A stretch of 64,000 nucleotides of DNA, taken from Octopus sinensis (Eukaryota). Made by a program: the position numbers and the translations under genes. The notes beneath the pieces are model-generated. The model did not search any database. It saw only the letters and a list, made by a program, of their open reading frames with translations, and was not told where the DNA came from. The stretch spans positions 9,238,001-9,302,000 of the forward strand of contig NC_043010.1 in the NCBI RefSeq assembly GCF_006345805.1, in the 5' to 3' direction. Of this stretch, positions 1-12,625 are shown in pieces. The stretch's first letter is position 1. Each line of letters begins with the position of its first letter.

Positions 1-232
1 TGTGTTTGTGTGTGTCTTTATACGTTTGTGTGTCTGTGTTTGTCCCCCACACAACATCACTTGACAACTGATACTGGTGTGTTTATGTCCCTGTAACTTA
101 GCGATTCGGCAAAATAGACCGATAGAATAAGTACTAGGCATACAAAGAATAAGTCCTGGGGTCAATTTGCTCGACTAAAGGAGGTGCTCCAGCATGGCCA
201 CAGTCAAATGAATGAAACAAGTAAAAGAGTAA
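1..232 (+). mobile_element. SINE family A, 3' half (cut by window edge)
   Basis: Matches the 3' part of the copy at 2972-3390, ending in GAAACAAGTAAAAGAGTAA. Confidence 0.85.
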
Positions 233-1175
233 ATGAACCAACCCTAGTCATCATCATCATTTAGCATCCATTGTCCATGCTGGCATGGGTTAGACGGTTT
301 GACTGGAGCTCGTAAGATGGAGAGCGGCACCAGGTTCCAGTCCGTTTTGACTTGGTTTCTAAGGCTGGATGCCCTTCATAATGCAAACCACTCCACAGAG
401 TGTACTGGGTGTCTTTTATGTGTCACTAGTATGGGTGCTTTTTACATGTCCCCAGCACAGGTGCCTTTCATGTTTTACTGGCATGGGTGCCTTCTGCGTG
501 TCACTGGCATGGGTGCCTTAAGCCTGATACTTATTCTAATCACTAAATTACAGAAATGTAAACAAACCAGCATCAGTTGTCAGGAGGTGGTTGGGTATAA
601 ACACAGACACACACACACACACACACACACATGATGGGATTTTTTCAGTTTCCATTAACCAAATCCATTCACAAAGCTTTCGTCAGCCCAAGATGTCACA
701 CAGTGGGATTGAACCCAGAACCATGTGGTTGGGAAGCAAACTTCTTACCACACAACCACACCAGCACCTATGTTTAACATTTTATATATCTTTACTTGTT
801 TTAGCCATTGGACTGTGGCCATGGTGAGGCACCACCTTGGAGAGTATTTGTCAAACTCATTGATCTCAGTATCCTTTGCATAAGCACAAGATTACAGGGA
901 CATAAACAAACAAATATTGGTTGTCAAATGGTGGTGGGTTCAACAAACACACATGCATATATATAACAGACTTTCACAGAATTTCTGTCTATCATAGCCA
1001 ATTGCAAGACATTGGTTGATCCACGACTATAGCAGAAGACACTTGCCCAAGGTGTCACACAGTGTATCCATACTTAGTTAATTGACTTTGGAATAATGAA
1101 AGGCAAAGCCAGCTGCCATTATTATTTATCCCAGAAATGTTGAAGGATGTGATTAACCCTCTTAGGCCTGGATTT

Positions 1176-1651
1176 CATCATCATCATCGGCGGCGGCGGC
1201 GGCGGCAGTGTTTAACGTCCGCTTTCCATGCTAGTATGGGTTGGACAGTTTGACTGAGGGCTGGCAACCAGATGGCTGTACCAGGCTCCAGTCTTGATCT
1301 GGCAGAGTTTCTACAGTTGGATGCCCTTCCTAACGTCAACCACTCCGAGAGTGTAGTGGGTGCTTTTACATGCCACAGGCACGGGGGCCAGTTAGGCGGT
1401 ACTGGCAACGACCCCACTCAAATATTTTACATATGCCAATGGCACAGGTGCCAGTAAGGCAATGCTGGTAACGATCCCGCTCGAATGGTGCCTCCTACAT
1501 GCCACCGGCACGGAAGCCAGTTAGCCGCTCTGGCAGCGATCACGCTCAGATGGTGCTCTTAGCACTCCACTAGCATGGGGCACAAGTGCCAGTAAGGCGA
1601 AGCTGGCAACGATCACACTCGAATGGTGCCCTTTATGTGCCACTGGCACGG
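1176..1651 (-). mobile_element. SINE-like retroposon family C with (GAT)n tail and internal ~60-bp minisatellite
   Basis: Plus strand begins (CAT)n...TTTAACGTCCGCTTTCCATGCTAG, has GGATGCCCTTCCTAACG core, then tandem GTGCCACCGGCACG units; about 10 related copies in window. Confidence 0.8.
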
Positions 1652-1857
1652 ATAAATTGTTGCCTATGCAGCTCAAGAGTAATAGTTGCAGGCAAACTAA
1701 TAGACACAATAGGGCTTTCTCTCAGCTACTGTATTTGTTCCCCCGAATTACTACTTTCCTCATTTCTTCAACGGTTTGATTGTCTGCATCACTCTCATTG
1801 CCTGTGAGAGCGTGAGGGTAAACACTTTGTATGAAGAATAAATATCATTAATAATTG

Positions 1858-2338
1858 GCACGTAAATATCATTACTATCATTAATATCATTAATAATTGG
1901 CACGTAAAAAGCACCATCCGTTCGTGGCCGTTGCCAGTCTCGCCTGGCCCCCGTGCCGGTGGCACGTAAAAAGTACCATCCGTTTGTGGCCGTTGCCAGC
2001 CTCGCCTGGCCCCCATGCTCGTGGCACGTAAAAAGCACCATCCGATCATGGCCGTTGCCAGTCTCGCCTGGCCCCCGTGCCAGTGGCACGTAAAAAGCAC
2101 CATCCGTCGGTGTCCGTTTGCCAGCTCTGTCTGGCACCTGTGCGGGTGGCACGTAAAAAGCACCCACTACACTCATGGAGTGGTTGGCGTTAGTAAGGGC
2201 ATCCAGCCGTAGAAACACTGCCAGATCTGACTGGGCCTGATGCAGGCTTCTGGCTTCACAGACCCCAGTTGAACCGTCCAACCCATGCTAGCATGGAAAG
2301 CGGACGCTAAACGATGATGATGATGATGATGATGATGA
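1858..2338 (+). mobile_element. SINE-like retroposon family C, 5'-truncated
   Basis: About four ~61-bp GGCACGTAAAAAGCACCATCCG units, AAGGGCATCCAGCCG core, ends GGACGCTAAAC(GAT)n. Confidence 0.85.
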
Positions 2339-2877
2339 ATTTCCTGAACTGCAAAGTGTCTGGACCTTGCTAATTTACCAGATGAAGTGCTGGGTTTGTT
2401 ACATGCTTGTTTCATTGCAAAAACAGCCCCCTTTTTTTCCAATTAAAAACAAAAGTAAACAACAGGTATGGAAGACCTCATTAACAATGAATCATAAACA
2501 CACTTGATTACAAAGCTGCAGTGTGAGGATTTGTCTATTTTTAGTGTTTTATCTTCTTTGTCTACTTGTGTTTGTTGTTCTTTACTATTTTAATGGGAAT
2601 CTGGTAGAGATTACATTTAGGGGATGTTCCCATTATACCAGGAACATGGCAAGATAGGGTTAAACATCCATAGAGTCATCACATGCAAGTAGGTTTGATT
2701 TAGTATGATGTACCACAATTTTGCAAATTATTCCTTCTTCCACTCTACTCAGCAGAATTTCTAGTATGTGGCTGCTGGGCAGAGCAAGGGCTGCACCAGC
2801 ACTTAGCTAACTATCATTTCAGGGATGCAGACTGGAACAACATGAACTGAAGTACCTTGCTGAAGGACATTATGCAC

Positions 2878-2960
2878 AGCACGATGGCCGAGTGGTTAAG
2901 GCGTTGAACTTAAGTTCCAATGGACAAGTGTCCACGTGGGTTCGAGCCCCACTCGTGCTA
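2878..2960 (+). tRNA. trnL-UAA: tRNA-Leu(UAA), possibly a retrocopy
   Basis: Acceptor stem AGCACGA/TCGTGCT, discriminator A; D arm GCCGAGTGGTTAAGGC; anticodon arm TTGAA-CTTAAGT-TCCAA (one A-C mismatch); long variable arm TGGACA-AG-TGTCCA; T arm GTGGG-TTCGAGC-CCCAC; followed by GTTTCTTTTTT Pol III terminator-like run. Confidence 0.9.
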
Positions 2961-2971
2961 GTTTCTTTTTT

Positions 2972-3390
2972 AGGCGCAGGAGTGGCTGTGTGGTAAGTAG
3001 CTTGCTAACCAACCACATGGTTCCGGGTTCAGTCCCACTGTGTGGCATCTTGGGCAAGTGTCTTCTACTGTAGCCCTGGGCCGACCAATGCCTTGTGAGT
3101 GGATTTGGTAGACGGAAACTGAAAGAAGCCTGTCGTATATGTGTATATATATGTGTGTATGTGTGTGTATGTGTTGTGTGTCTGTGTTTGTCTCCCTAGC
3201 ATTGCTTGACAACCGATGCTGGTGTGTTTACTTCCCCGTCACTTAGCGGTTCGGCAAAAGAGACCGATAGAATAAGTACTGGGCTTACAAAGAATAAGTC
3301 CCGGGGTCGATTTTCTCGACTAAAGGTGGTGCTCCAGCATGGCCGCAGTCAAATGACTGAAACAAGTAAAAGAGTAAAAGAGTAAAAGAG
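2972..3390 (+). mobile_element. SINE family A (tRNA-derived head, CORE-like TTGGGCAAGT segment), full length
   Basis: A-box-like TGGCTGTGTGG, B-box-like GGTTCAGTCC, internal (TG/TA)n, (AGTAAAAG)n tail; more than 12 copies in window. Confidence 0.9.
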
Positions 3391-3961
3391 CCCAGTACAA
3401 GAGTTAAAGTCATGATCTTGAGATGGTGAACACAATATATTATCCATTAGGACATATTTGTTCACAGTCTGTCAACGAAAATATCTTTCCATTACAGTTA
3501 TAAAATTTTCATAAATTACTAAGTCTTATCAGTATTATTCTTATCTTATCCAGCAGAATTAAGCTTAAGCTGAAAGATGTACATCCATATATCAAAGTCG
3601 AAGATTATCATATAGTTTCACATTTTTTAAATGAAATAATATCACAATTCTGTATATCAGCAAATGTATAGATTCTACAAAAAATTGTTAATTATGTATA
3701 CTGAATCTAGCTTCTAAAACAAAATAAGTAGGTAGCTGAGTAGATGTAGATTATTTATGAAGATGATGGACACCTAATGTATAGAATTGCCAGACTCTCT
3801 TCTCTTCTTTATGAATACATGTATAAATGAATGTTTGTATGTGCGTAGGTATCTCTTTAGGCACACATGCATTTATGTATATATGCATGTATGAATATAT
3901 GTGTATGAATATATGTATGAATGGATGGATTGACGTATATATATGTATGGATGTATGTATG

Positions 3962-3993
<32 letters not shown>

Positions 3994-4124
3994 ATATATA
4001 ATATATATATATATATATCAAATAAAATCAAAAACAGAACACAAAGGATCTCTGCCACTAGCTGGCATATACAGGTGCTTACACTTATCAAGTATTCACC
4101 CTAAATTTGCAGTATATATATATA

Positions 4125-4290
4125 GCGATCCCTTCTCTGGATCTTTCCTTCTCCTATGTTTCCGATGAAGAGCTCCGCACGAAACGTTAAACCCTCCTTC
4201 TTTCCTTCTTTCCTGAGCGTCCAATAATACTATATTTGTTCCACGTCCTCGCGTTGTGTTTTCTCTTTGTGTTTTCATGTTTGGATTAAC
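4125..4290 (+). mobile_element. Short (TA)n-embedded element with hammerhead motif (putative non-autonomous Penelope-like)
   Basis: Flanked by (TA)n; closely matches the reverse complement of 62586-62794. Confidence 0.7.
4158..4192 (+). ncRNA. Minimal type I hammerhead ribozyme motif (U4C variant)
   Basis: GTTT-CCGATGA-A-GAGC tcc GCAC-GAAA-CGT-T-AAAC: stem I GUUU/AAAC, palindromic ACGU stem III, GUU cleavage triplet, one stem II mismatch. Confidence 0.6.
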
Positions 4291-4292
4291 TT

Positions 4293-4325
<33 letters not shown>

Positions 4326-4740
4326 GGATGAATGGCTGGCTGGATTTGTGTGTGTATGTTTGTATCTATGCAAGTATGTATATTTATATTGGTATATGTG
4401 CATGTTTTATCTTCCTGATTATGATTTCCTCCCCTCTGCTTCCTCCACCAACTCCTCCTCATCCTCCATTTTCCTTCCCCTTCCCCTCTTCATCATCATC
4501 CTCATCTTAATATCCATTTCTCCATGCTTGCATGGATCAGATGGAGCTTCTTGAAACAAAATTTCTTCCAATTGGATACTCTCCCTGCTGCCAACTTTCA
4601 CCTGTTTTCAAGGAAGATACTATTTCTCCATCACCAAATATGTTTACACAGAATATTGGAAATGAATGACACTGCCTGTATGACAGTGACACTCATTTAC
4701 GACTATCATACAATGTCAAAACAGTCAAACACATACATAC

Positions 4741-4983
4741 ATCATCATCATCATCGTTTAACGTCCGTTTTCCATGCTATCATGGGTTGGACGGTTCAAC
4801 TGGGGTCTGGGAAGCTAGGAGGCTGCACCAGGCCCACTCTGATCTGGCAGTGTTTCTACAGCTGGATGCCCTTCCTAACGCCAACCACTTCGTGAGTGTA
4901 GTGGATGCTTTTTACGTGCCACCGGTACAGGTGCCAGGGGAGGCTGGCATTGGCCACGATCGGTTGGTGCTTTTTACGTGCCA
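4741..4983 (-). mobile_element. SINE-like family C
   Basis: (CAT)n CGTTTAACGTCCG...GGATGCCCTTCCTAACGCCAACCAC. Confidence 0.85.
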
Positions 4984-5004
4984 TATATATATACACACAC
5001 ATCC

Positions 5005-5050
<46 letters not shown>

Positions 5051-5224
5051 ATACATACATACATATATATATATAATGCACATGAGAAAAACAGAAAGAG
5101 GAATTTATGTTGTTTATTAATCACAACAGTCGTTTCAACACATCTTGCATTAATCCCTCACAGGTGAGATACAATAGAATTGGTTGTGGTGCAGCCTTCA
5201 GTGTAGTTATGTCTTGTATATGTA

Positions 5225-5255
<31 letters not shown>

Positions 5256-5869
5256 CTATTTACATATAAACATATATATATATGAAAAAATATGCTTATA
5301 TATATATGTGTATATATATGTATGTATATATATGTATATATATATTTATATATATAAATTAGTGTACGTTTTTATACACAAGAGAGTTACACAGTTTTAA
5401 TTCTAATCATTATTTGCTGCTGATTGTAGCTGCACATGCGTGGTGAATTTGAAAAATTAGAATATATATGGATGGAACATGTTTGTCTTCAGTGTTCAAT
5501 AAACATGCATTAATCTTAGTATCCTTACTGAAGAAGCACGGATGGCAAATTAATTTATTTGCACATTGATGCAGAAACTTGAGTACAAGGGTAACTGTTG
5601 AGGTGTTTTTATTTTTCATTCTCTTTGAAATTACTCTTATTCGTGGTTTGGGCTTTAACTACCCCTTCCATCATGTAAGGTGTTCTGTTAAAGGTCACCT
5701 CTTTTGTGTATAAAAAACGTACATTAATTTATATGAAAAATATGTTGTCTTCTGACTTCATTACGCATGCTGGCCACTGGTAAAATATTCTTCTAAATTT
5801 TCTACCTTTATTATTTTCATATATTTATACATGCACACACGCACACACATAACACACACAGATGTATAT

Positions 5870-5916
<47 letters not shown>

Positions 5917-6013
5917 TTATACATACATACATATATACATACATACATATACATATGTACATATATATATATATAATTATATATGTATATATGTATATAT
6001 GTATATATGTATA

Positions 6014-6056
<43 letters not shown>

Positions 6057-6589
6057 ATATATATATATATATATATATACATATATATACATGTGTGTGT
6101 GTGTGTGTGAAGGATGCACACAAACATAGAGTTTTAAGATGATAAAACAAATTCTCAAAAATCCTTCAGTTTTGCATGGACTTCTCGAGGGTATTTTCTT
6201 ATATCTTTTGTTTCAAATACAAATGCATGTTTGGGAAGGTGGGGATGCGATCATTTGGCAGTCATGACTATCGATGTTCATTTATCTACATGTCTGTGTT
6301 AGCACCATTAGTGGTGGTGGTAGTAGCAGTGGTGGTGGTGGTGATGGTCATGGTGGTGGTGGTGATGTTGGTAGAAGTAGTAGTGGTAGTTGTAGGATGT
6401 AAGCACCATCACCCAATTGTCATCACCACGGTCACCACTTTAGGAAATGCAGTCCATGATAAAGTAATCAAGATGGTCATTGATGGAATGCCTTTGATCA
6501 TAAAGAATAACAATAGGCAACAGAGTAAAAGTTGCTGTTTCTTTCATATCTTAGTATAGTCAAGATGTGTAAATATAGATAACAAAGCA

Positions 6590-6641
6590 TTACTGTTGCT
6601 GCTGCTGTTGCTACTACTACTACTATTACTACTACTGCAAT

Positions 6642-6720
<79 letters not shown>

Positions 6721-7035
6721 ACTACTACTACTACTACTACTACTATGATGATGACCAACATTACTACTATCACTGCTAGTAGAACTACCACTACTACAAC
6801 CTCTATCAGTTGTATAACTACCCCCTATCACCATTACTATTACTACTTCTACTACTGCTACCACCAACAACAACAACAACTCTACCACTACTACTACTAC
6901 CATTGCTATCAGCAACTGCTGTAGAGCTATAACCATCACCACAATCACCACTAGTACTGTGGTGATAACTGCAACATTATTACTACCACCACTGGTACCA
7001 ACACCACAACTACAAAAACTATCATCATTACCCAA
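6590..7035. repeat. Compound trinucleotide repeat (CTA/CTG/CCA/CAA)
   Basis: Direct reading of the sequence. Confidence 0.9.
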
Positions 7036-8562
7036 AACATAATCCCAGAATCGTTGAATGGATTGTAAGGATTGTATGGTAATGTCATAACTTGAAAAAA
7101 TTGTTGTGATGGTAGTATTAATGAAAGTGTACCAGGACTTGTCTTATGTCTTCAGATATAATTATCTTTTCTTTATTCTCCCATACTGTATTTTCCTCTC
7201 ATACATACTACCACACAAACATGTGTGTGTGTGTGTGCAAACTTTGAGACTCTCCATCTTTCTATATGCATAATAGATACAGGCTATGACTACAGAAAAA
7301 AATATAGGCAGTAATAATGAGACGTTGATAAATAACTTGGGCACCACACATCATAATGTGTACCACATCGTAAGTGAGCAGTCTTGCAAAACTACCCCAC
7401 ATCACATTGAACCCCAAGGACATTTTCTCATAACAGTTAAAGAAAGACAGTTGAGATGAGATGTGGCCATGTTGCAACATCCTGTGTTCTTGCAAAGTCC
7501 ATTTCTCAAGGAACCTTGAACAAGGAAGAAAGAGAGGTGGACAGACTATATAAAGAAATGGACTGGTAAATCTTTGGCTGAAATTTGAACTCTGGCACAA
7601 TTAGTTACAATCAAGTCGACAGTCCCAGTAAGTATATACACGTACCCATGCATGAGCATGTACATGCTTACACACATGTACACACGCATTCAGGCAAGGA
7701 TTCATACATAAATAGGCTTATAAATATATATATTCACACACACATTTGTGTGTGTATAGTCTGGATTATTTCCTCATATATAAAGTTTCTTGTGAACAGC
7801 AATCATCAAGCATATAAAAACATTATGTGTGAGTAAAACGTTTAGTTTACCAAGATGTCTGACATAGATGTGTACAATATACACACATATACACACTCAC
7901 AAGTACACACACACATTCCCTCTCTCTCTTCCTCTTTCTCTCTCCCTCTCTCTCTTTCTCTCTCTCACTCTCTCCTTCTTTCATATTGCACACACAAACA
8001 GACATGCCTACAGAATCACACATGCACTACGCAATTGAATATACTGTATATATTTGCCTTTGCCAACTCACACCGACACACAAACCTAAACATAGATCAT
8101 TTATAAACTACAAACTAAATATGAAAATTATTTGATAAATCATTAGAAAAATCCAAAACATTCCAGGATTCCATATTTTCTGAATTGGTTGCTACCTGGC
8201 TTCATATTTACTCCCATCAGTAATATTTTCCTGTCTGTTTTCCTGAAGCTAAATGCAGATATGTGTCATGTAATTTGTGTATCATGCAGTACCAAAACTC
8301 TTATAGTGGCCATTAACATGTCTGGCTTCAGTGAAATACTCCATGTAGCCATTAGCTTTGATGACAGAGCAAATATGTTTTGTTCCAAATTTGTGCAAAT
8401 TTCCGACAGATATTACAAGATCCTCATCCATTGACTATTCTGTTCTGTTTACTTGAGTAGAAACTTGGAACAAAATGTATTTCTGAATTACAAATAATAT
8501 TCAGAGTTCTGAAAACGTGTGCGATATTGCTATCAACATATACCAGGCATCTGATATTAAAC

Positions 8563-8986
8563 TTTTTACTTTAACTTTTACTCTTTTACTTGTTTCAGTC
8601 ATTTGACTGCGGCCATGCTGGAGCACCGCCTTTAGTCGAGCAAATCGACCCCGGGACTTATTCTTTGTAAGCCCAGTACTTATTCTATCAGTCACTTTTG
8701 CCGAACCGCTAAGTGACGGGGACATAAACACACAAGCATCGGTTGTCAAGCAATGCTAGGGGGACAAACACAGACACACAAACATATACACACACATACA
8801 TATATATATATACACATATATACGACAGGCTTCTTTCAGTTTCCACCTACCAAATCCACTCACAAGGCATTGGTCGGCCCGAGGCTATAGCAGAAGACAC
8901 TTGCCCAATGTGCCACGCAGTGGGACTGAACCCAGAACCATGTGGTTGGTAAGCAAGCTACTTACCACACAGCCACTCCTGTGCCT
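8563..8986 (-). mobile_element. SINE family A, full length
   Basis: Reverse complement of 2972-3390; its 5' end abuts the 19-bp satellite. Confidence 0.9.
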
Positions 8987-11876
8987 ATGCAAACATGGCA
9001 ATATGATGCGAACATGGCAACATGATGCAAACATGGCAACATGATGCAAACATGGCAACATGATGCAAACATGGCAACATGATGCAAACATGGCAATATT
9101 ATGCAAACATGGCAACATGATGCAAACATGGCAACATGATGCAAACATGGCAACATGATGCAAACATGGCAACATGATGCAAACATGGCAACATGATGCA
9201 AACATGGCAACATGATGCAAACATGGCAACATGATGCAAACATGGCAACATGATGCAAACATGGCAACATGATGCAAACATGGCAATATGATGCAAACAT
9301 GGCAACATGATGCAAACATGGCAACATGATGCAAACATGGCAATATGATGCAAACATGGCAATATGATGCAAACATGGCAACATGATGCAAACATGGCAA
9401 TATGATGCAAACATGGCAACATGATGCAAACATGGCAACATGATGCAAACATGGCAATATGATGCAAACATGGCAACATGATGCAAACATGGCAACATGA
9501 TGCAAACATGGCAACATGATGCAAACATGGCAACATGATGCGAACATGGCAACATGATGCGAACATGGCAACATGATGCAAACATGGCAACATGATGCGA
9601 ACATGGCAACATGATGCAAACATGGCAACATGATGCAAACATGGCAACATGATGCAAACATGGCAACATGATGCAAACATGGCAACATGATGCAAACATA
9701 GCAACATGATGCGAACATGGCAACATGATGCAAACATGGCAACATGATGCGAACATGGCAACATGATGCGAACATGGCAACATGATGCAAACATGGCAAC
9801 ATGATGCGAACATGGCAACATGATGCGAACATGGCAACATGATGCGAACATGGCAACATGATGCAAACATGGCAACATGATGCAAACATGGCAACATGAT
9901 GCAAACATGGCAACATGATGCAAACATGGCAACATGATGCGAACATGGCAACATGATGCAAACATGGCAAAATGATGCAAACATGGCAACATGATGCAAA
10001 CATGGCAATATGATGCAAACATGGCAATATGATGCAAACATGGCAACATGATGCAAACATGGCAACATGATGCAAACATGGCAACATGATGCGAACATGG
10101 CAACATGATGCAAACATGGCAACATGATGCGAACATGGCAACATGATGCGAACATGGCAACATGATGCGAACATGGCAACATGATGCGAACATGGCAACA
10201 TGATGCGAACATGGCAACATGATGCAAACATGGCAACATGATGCGAACATGGCAACATGATGCAAACATGGCAACATGATGCAAACATGGCAACATGATG
10301 CAAACATGGCAACATGATGCGAACATGGCAACATGATGCAAACATGGCAACATGATGCAAACATGGCAACATGATGCAAACATGGCAACATGATGCAAAC
10401 ATGGCAACATGATGCAAACATGGCAACATGATGCAAACATGGCAACATGATGCGAACATGGCAACATGATGCGAACATGGCAACATGATGCAAACATGGC
10501 AACATGATGCAAACATGGCAACATGATGCGAACATGGCAACATGATGCGAACATGGCAACATGATGCGAACATGGCAACATGATGCGAACATGGCAACAT
10601 GATGCGAACATGGCATCCTGATGCGAACATGGCATCCTGATGCGAACATGGCAACATGATGCGAACATGGCATCATGATGCGAACATGGCAACATAATGC
10701 GAACACGGCATCATGATGCGAACACGGCATCATGATGCGAACATGGCAACATGATGCGAACATGGCAACATGATGCGAACATGGCATCATGATGCGAACA
10801 TGGCAACATGATGCGAACATGGCAACATGATGCAAACATGGCATCATGATGCAAACATGGCAATATGATGCAAACATGGCAACATGATGCGAACATGGCA
10901 ACATGATGCAAACATGGCATCATGATGCGAACATGGCATCATGATGCGAACATGGCAACATGATGCGAACATGGCAACATGATGCAAACATGGCAACATG
11001 ATGCGAACATGGCGTCATGATGCGAACATGGCAACATGATGCGAACATGGCAACATGATGCGAACATGGCATCATGATGCGAACATGACATCATGATGCG
11101 AACATGGCAACATGATGAGAACATGGCAACATGATGCGAACATGGCATCATGATGCGAACATGGCAACATGATGCGAACATGGCAACATGATGCAAACAT
11201 GGCATCATGATGCAAACATGGCAATATGATGCAAACATGGCAACATGATGCGAACATGGCAACATGATGCGAACATGGCAACATGATGCGAACATGGCAA
11301 CATGATGCAAACATGGCATCATGATGCAAACATGGCAATATGATGCAAACATGGCAACATGATGCGAACATGGCAACATGATGCAAACATGGCATCATGA
11401 TGCGAACATGGCAACATGATGCGAACATGGCAACATGATGCAAACATGGCAACATGATGCAAACATGGCAACATGATGCGAACATGGCATCATGATGCGA
11501 ACATGGCAACATGATGCGAACATGGCAACATGATGCAAACATGGCATCATGATGCGAACATGGCAACATGATGCGAACATGGCAACATGATGCGAACATG
11601 GCAACATGATGCGAACATGGCATCATGATGCGAACATGGCAACATGATGCGAACATGGCATCATGATGCGAACATGGCAACATGATGCGAACATGGCATC
11701 ATGATGCAAACATGGCATCATGATGCGAACATGGCAACATGATGCGAACATGGCATCATGATGCGAACATGGCAACATGATGCAAACATGGCATCATGAT
11801 GCGAACATGGCAACATGATGCGAACATGGCATCATGATGCGAACATGGCAACATGATGCAAACATGGCAACATGAT
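8987..11876. repeat. 19-bp tandem satellite, consensus ATGATGC(A/G)AACATGGCA(A/T)C, ~150 units
   Basis: Uninterrupted head-to-tail 19-mers over ~2.9 kb with only point variants. Confidence 0.97.
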
Positions 11877-12241
11877 AAAGAATTTTGGTTCGAAATCACG
11901 TATTTTCTACTTGTAGTATCAGGTTGACTAATGACTTGAAACTGTTTGATAGAAACTGTGTGGAAGCCTATAATGTACATATGAATGCCTATGTCTTCTT
12001 TCTTTTATCTCTTGCTTGTTTCAGTCATTGGTTTGTAGCCAAGATGGGGACACAGCTTAGAAGGGTTTAGTTGAACAAATAAATCTCAGTATTTATATTT
12101 AAGCTTCGTACTTTTTTATTGGTTTCATTTGACAAATTGCTAGGTTACAGGAATGTAAACGAACCAAAACTGGTTGTCATTGTCAAGTGGAAGAGGGGTC
12201 GAACACAACCATGAAGACACACATGCACACACTCACGCATA

Positions 12242-12293
<52 letters not shown>

Positions 12294-12329
12294 TATCTAT
12301 ATATATATATATATATACATATATATAAA

Positions 12330-12625
12330 GGCGGCAAGCTGGTAGAAACGTTAGCGCACCAAGCAAAATGCTTAGCGGTATTTCGTCTGCCGTTACATTC
12401 TGAGATGAAATTCCACCGAGGTCAACTTTGCCTTTCATCCTTTTGGGGTCAATCAAATAAGTACCAGTTACACACTGAAGTTGATATAATCGACTTAATC
12501 CGTTTGTCTGTCGTTGTTTCTCCCCTCTGTGTTTAGCTCCTTATGGGTAGTAAAGAAATAGGTATTTCGTCTGCCATTACATTCTGAGTTCAAATTCTGC
12601 CGAGGTCAACTTTGCCAACTTTGCC
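12330..12625 (+). mobile_element. SINE family B plus partial tandem duplicate
   Basis: GGCGGCAAGCTGG head, GAGGTCAACTTTGCCTTTCATCCTTTTGGGGTC core resembling the Deu/Nin SINE domain, AAAGAAATA end. Confidence 0.85.

Larger units (their letters stand above)
2826..3455 (-). mobile_element. Old SINE (family E) split by the tRNA+SINE A insertion
   Basis: 2830-2877 (GACTGGAACAACATGAACTGAAGTACCTTGCTGAAGGACA) and 3391-3455 join to align with the uninterrupted copy at ~45775-45900. Confidence 0.6.

Noticed and set aside
1153-2662. TTAACCCT...AGGGTTAA as ends of a piggyBac-like element enclosing the family C pair
   Set aside because: Terminal match beyond about 8 bp is poor; could be chance.
6176-7035. 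Poly-Ser/Val/Ala ORFs
   Set aside because: Translations of trinucleotide microsatellites; the same applies to 39130-40753, 53281-54238 and 59749-60112.
8189-8450. Possible host exon
   Set aside because: No convincing splice or domain signal. The minus strand gives MDEDLVIS...HICSVIKANGYME, weakly like a Tc1/mariner-family transposase C-terminus, too decayed to call.
8885-11683. 577-601 aa Cys/His/Met-rich ORFs (MLPCLHHVAMFASCCHVCI)n
   Set aside because: The minus strand of the 19-bp unit lacks stops and 19 is not divisible by 3, so all three frames give the same peptide. This is a satellite artefact with no evidence of coding constraint.
8987-11876. CRISPR-like array or p53-site array (repeated AACATG)
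   Set aside because: No unique spacers or cas genes. CATG cores alternate 8 and 11 bp apart rather than 10, and 3' flanks do not fit RRRCWWGYYY.
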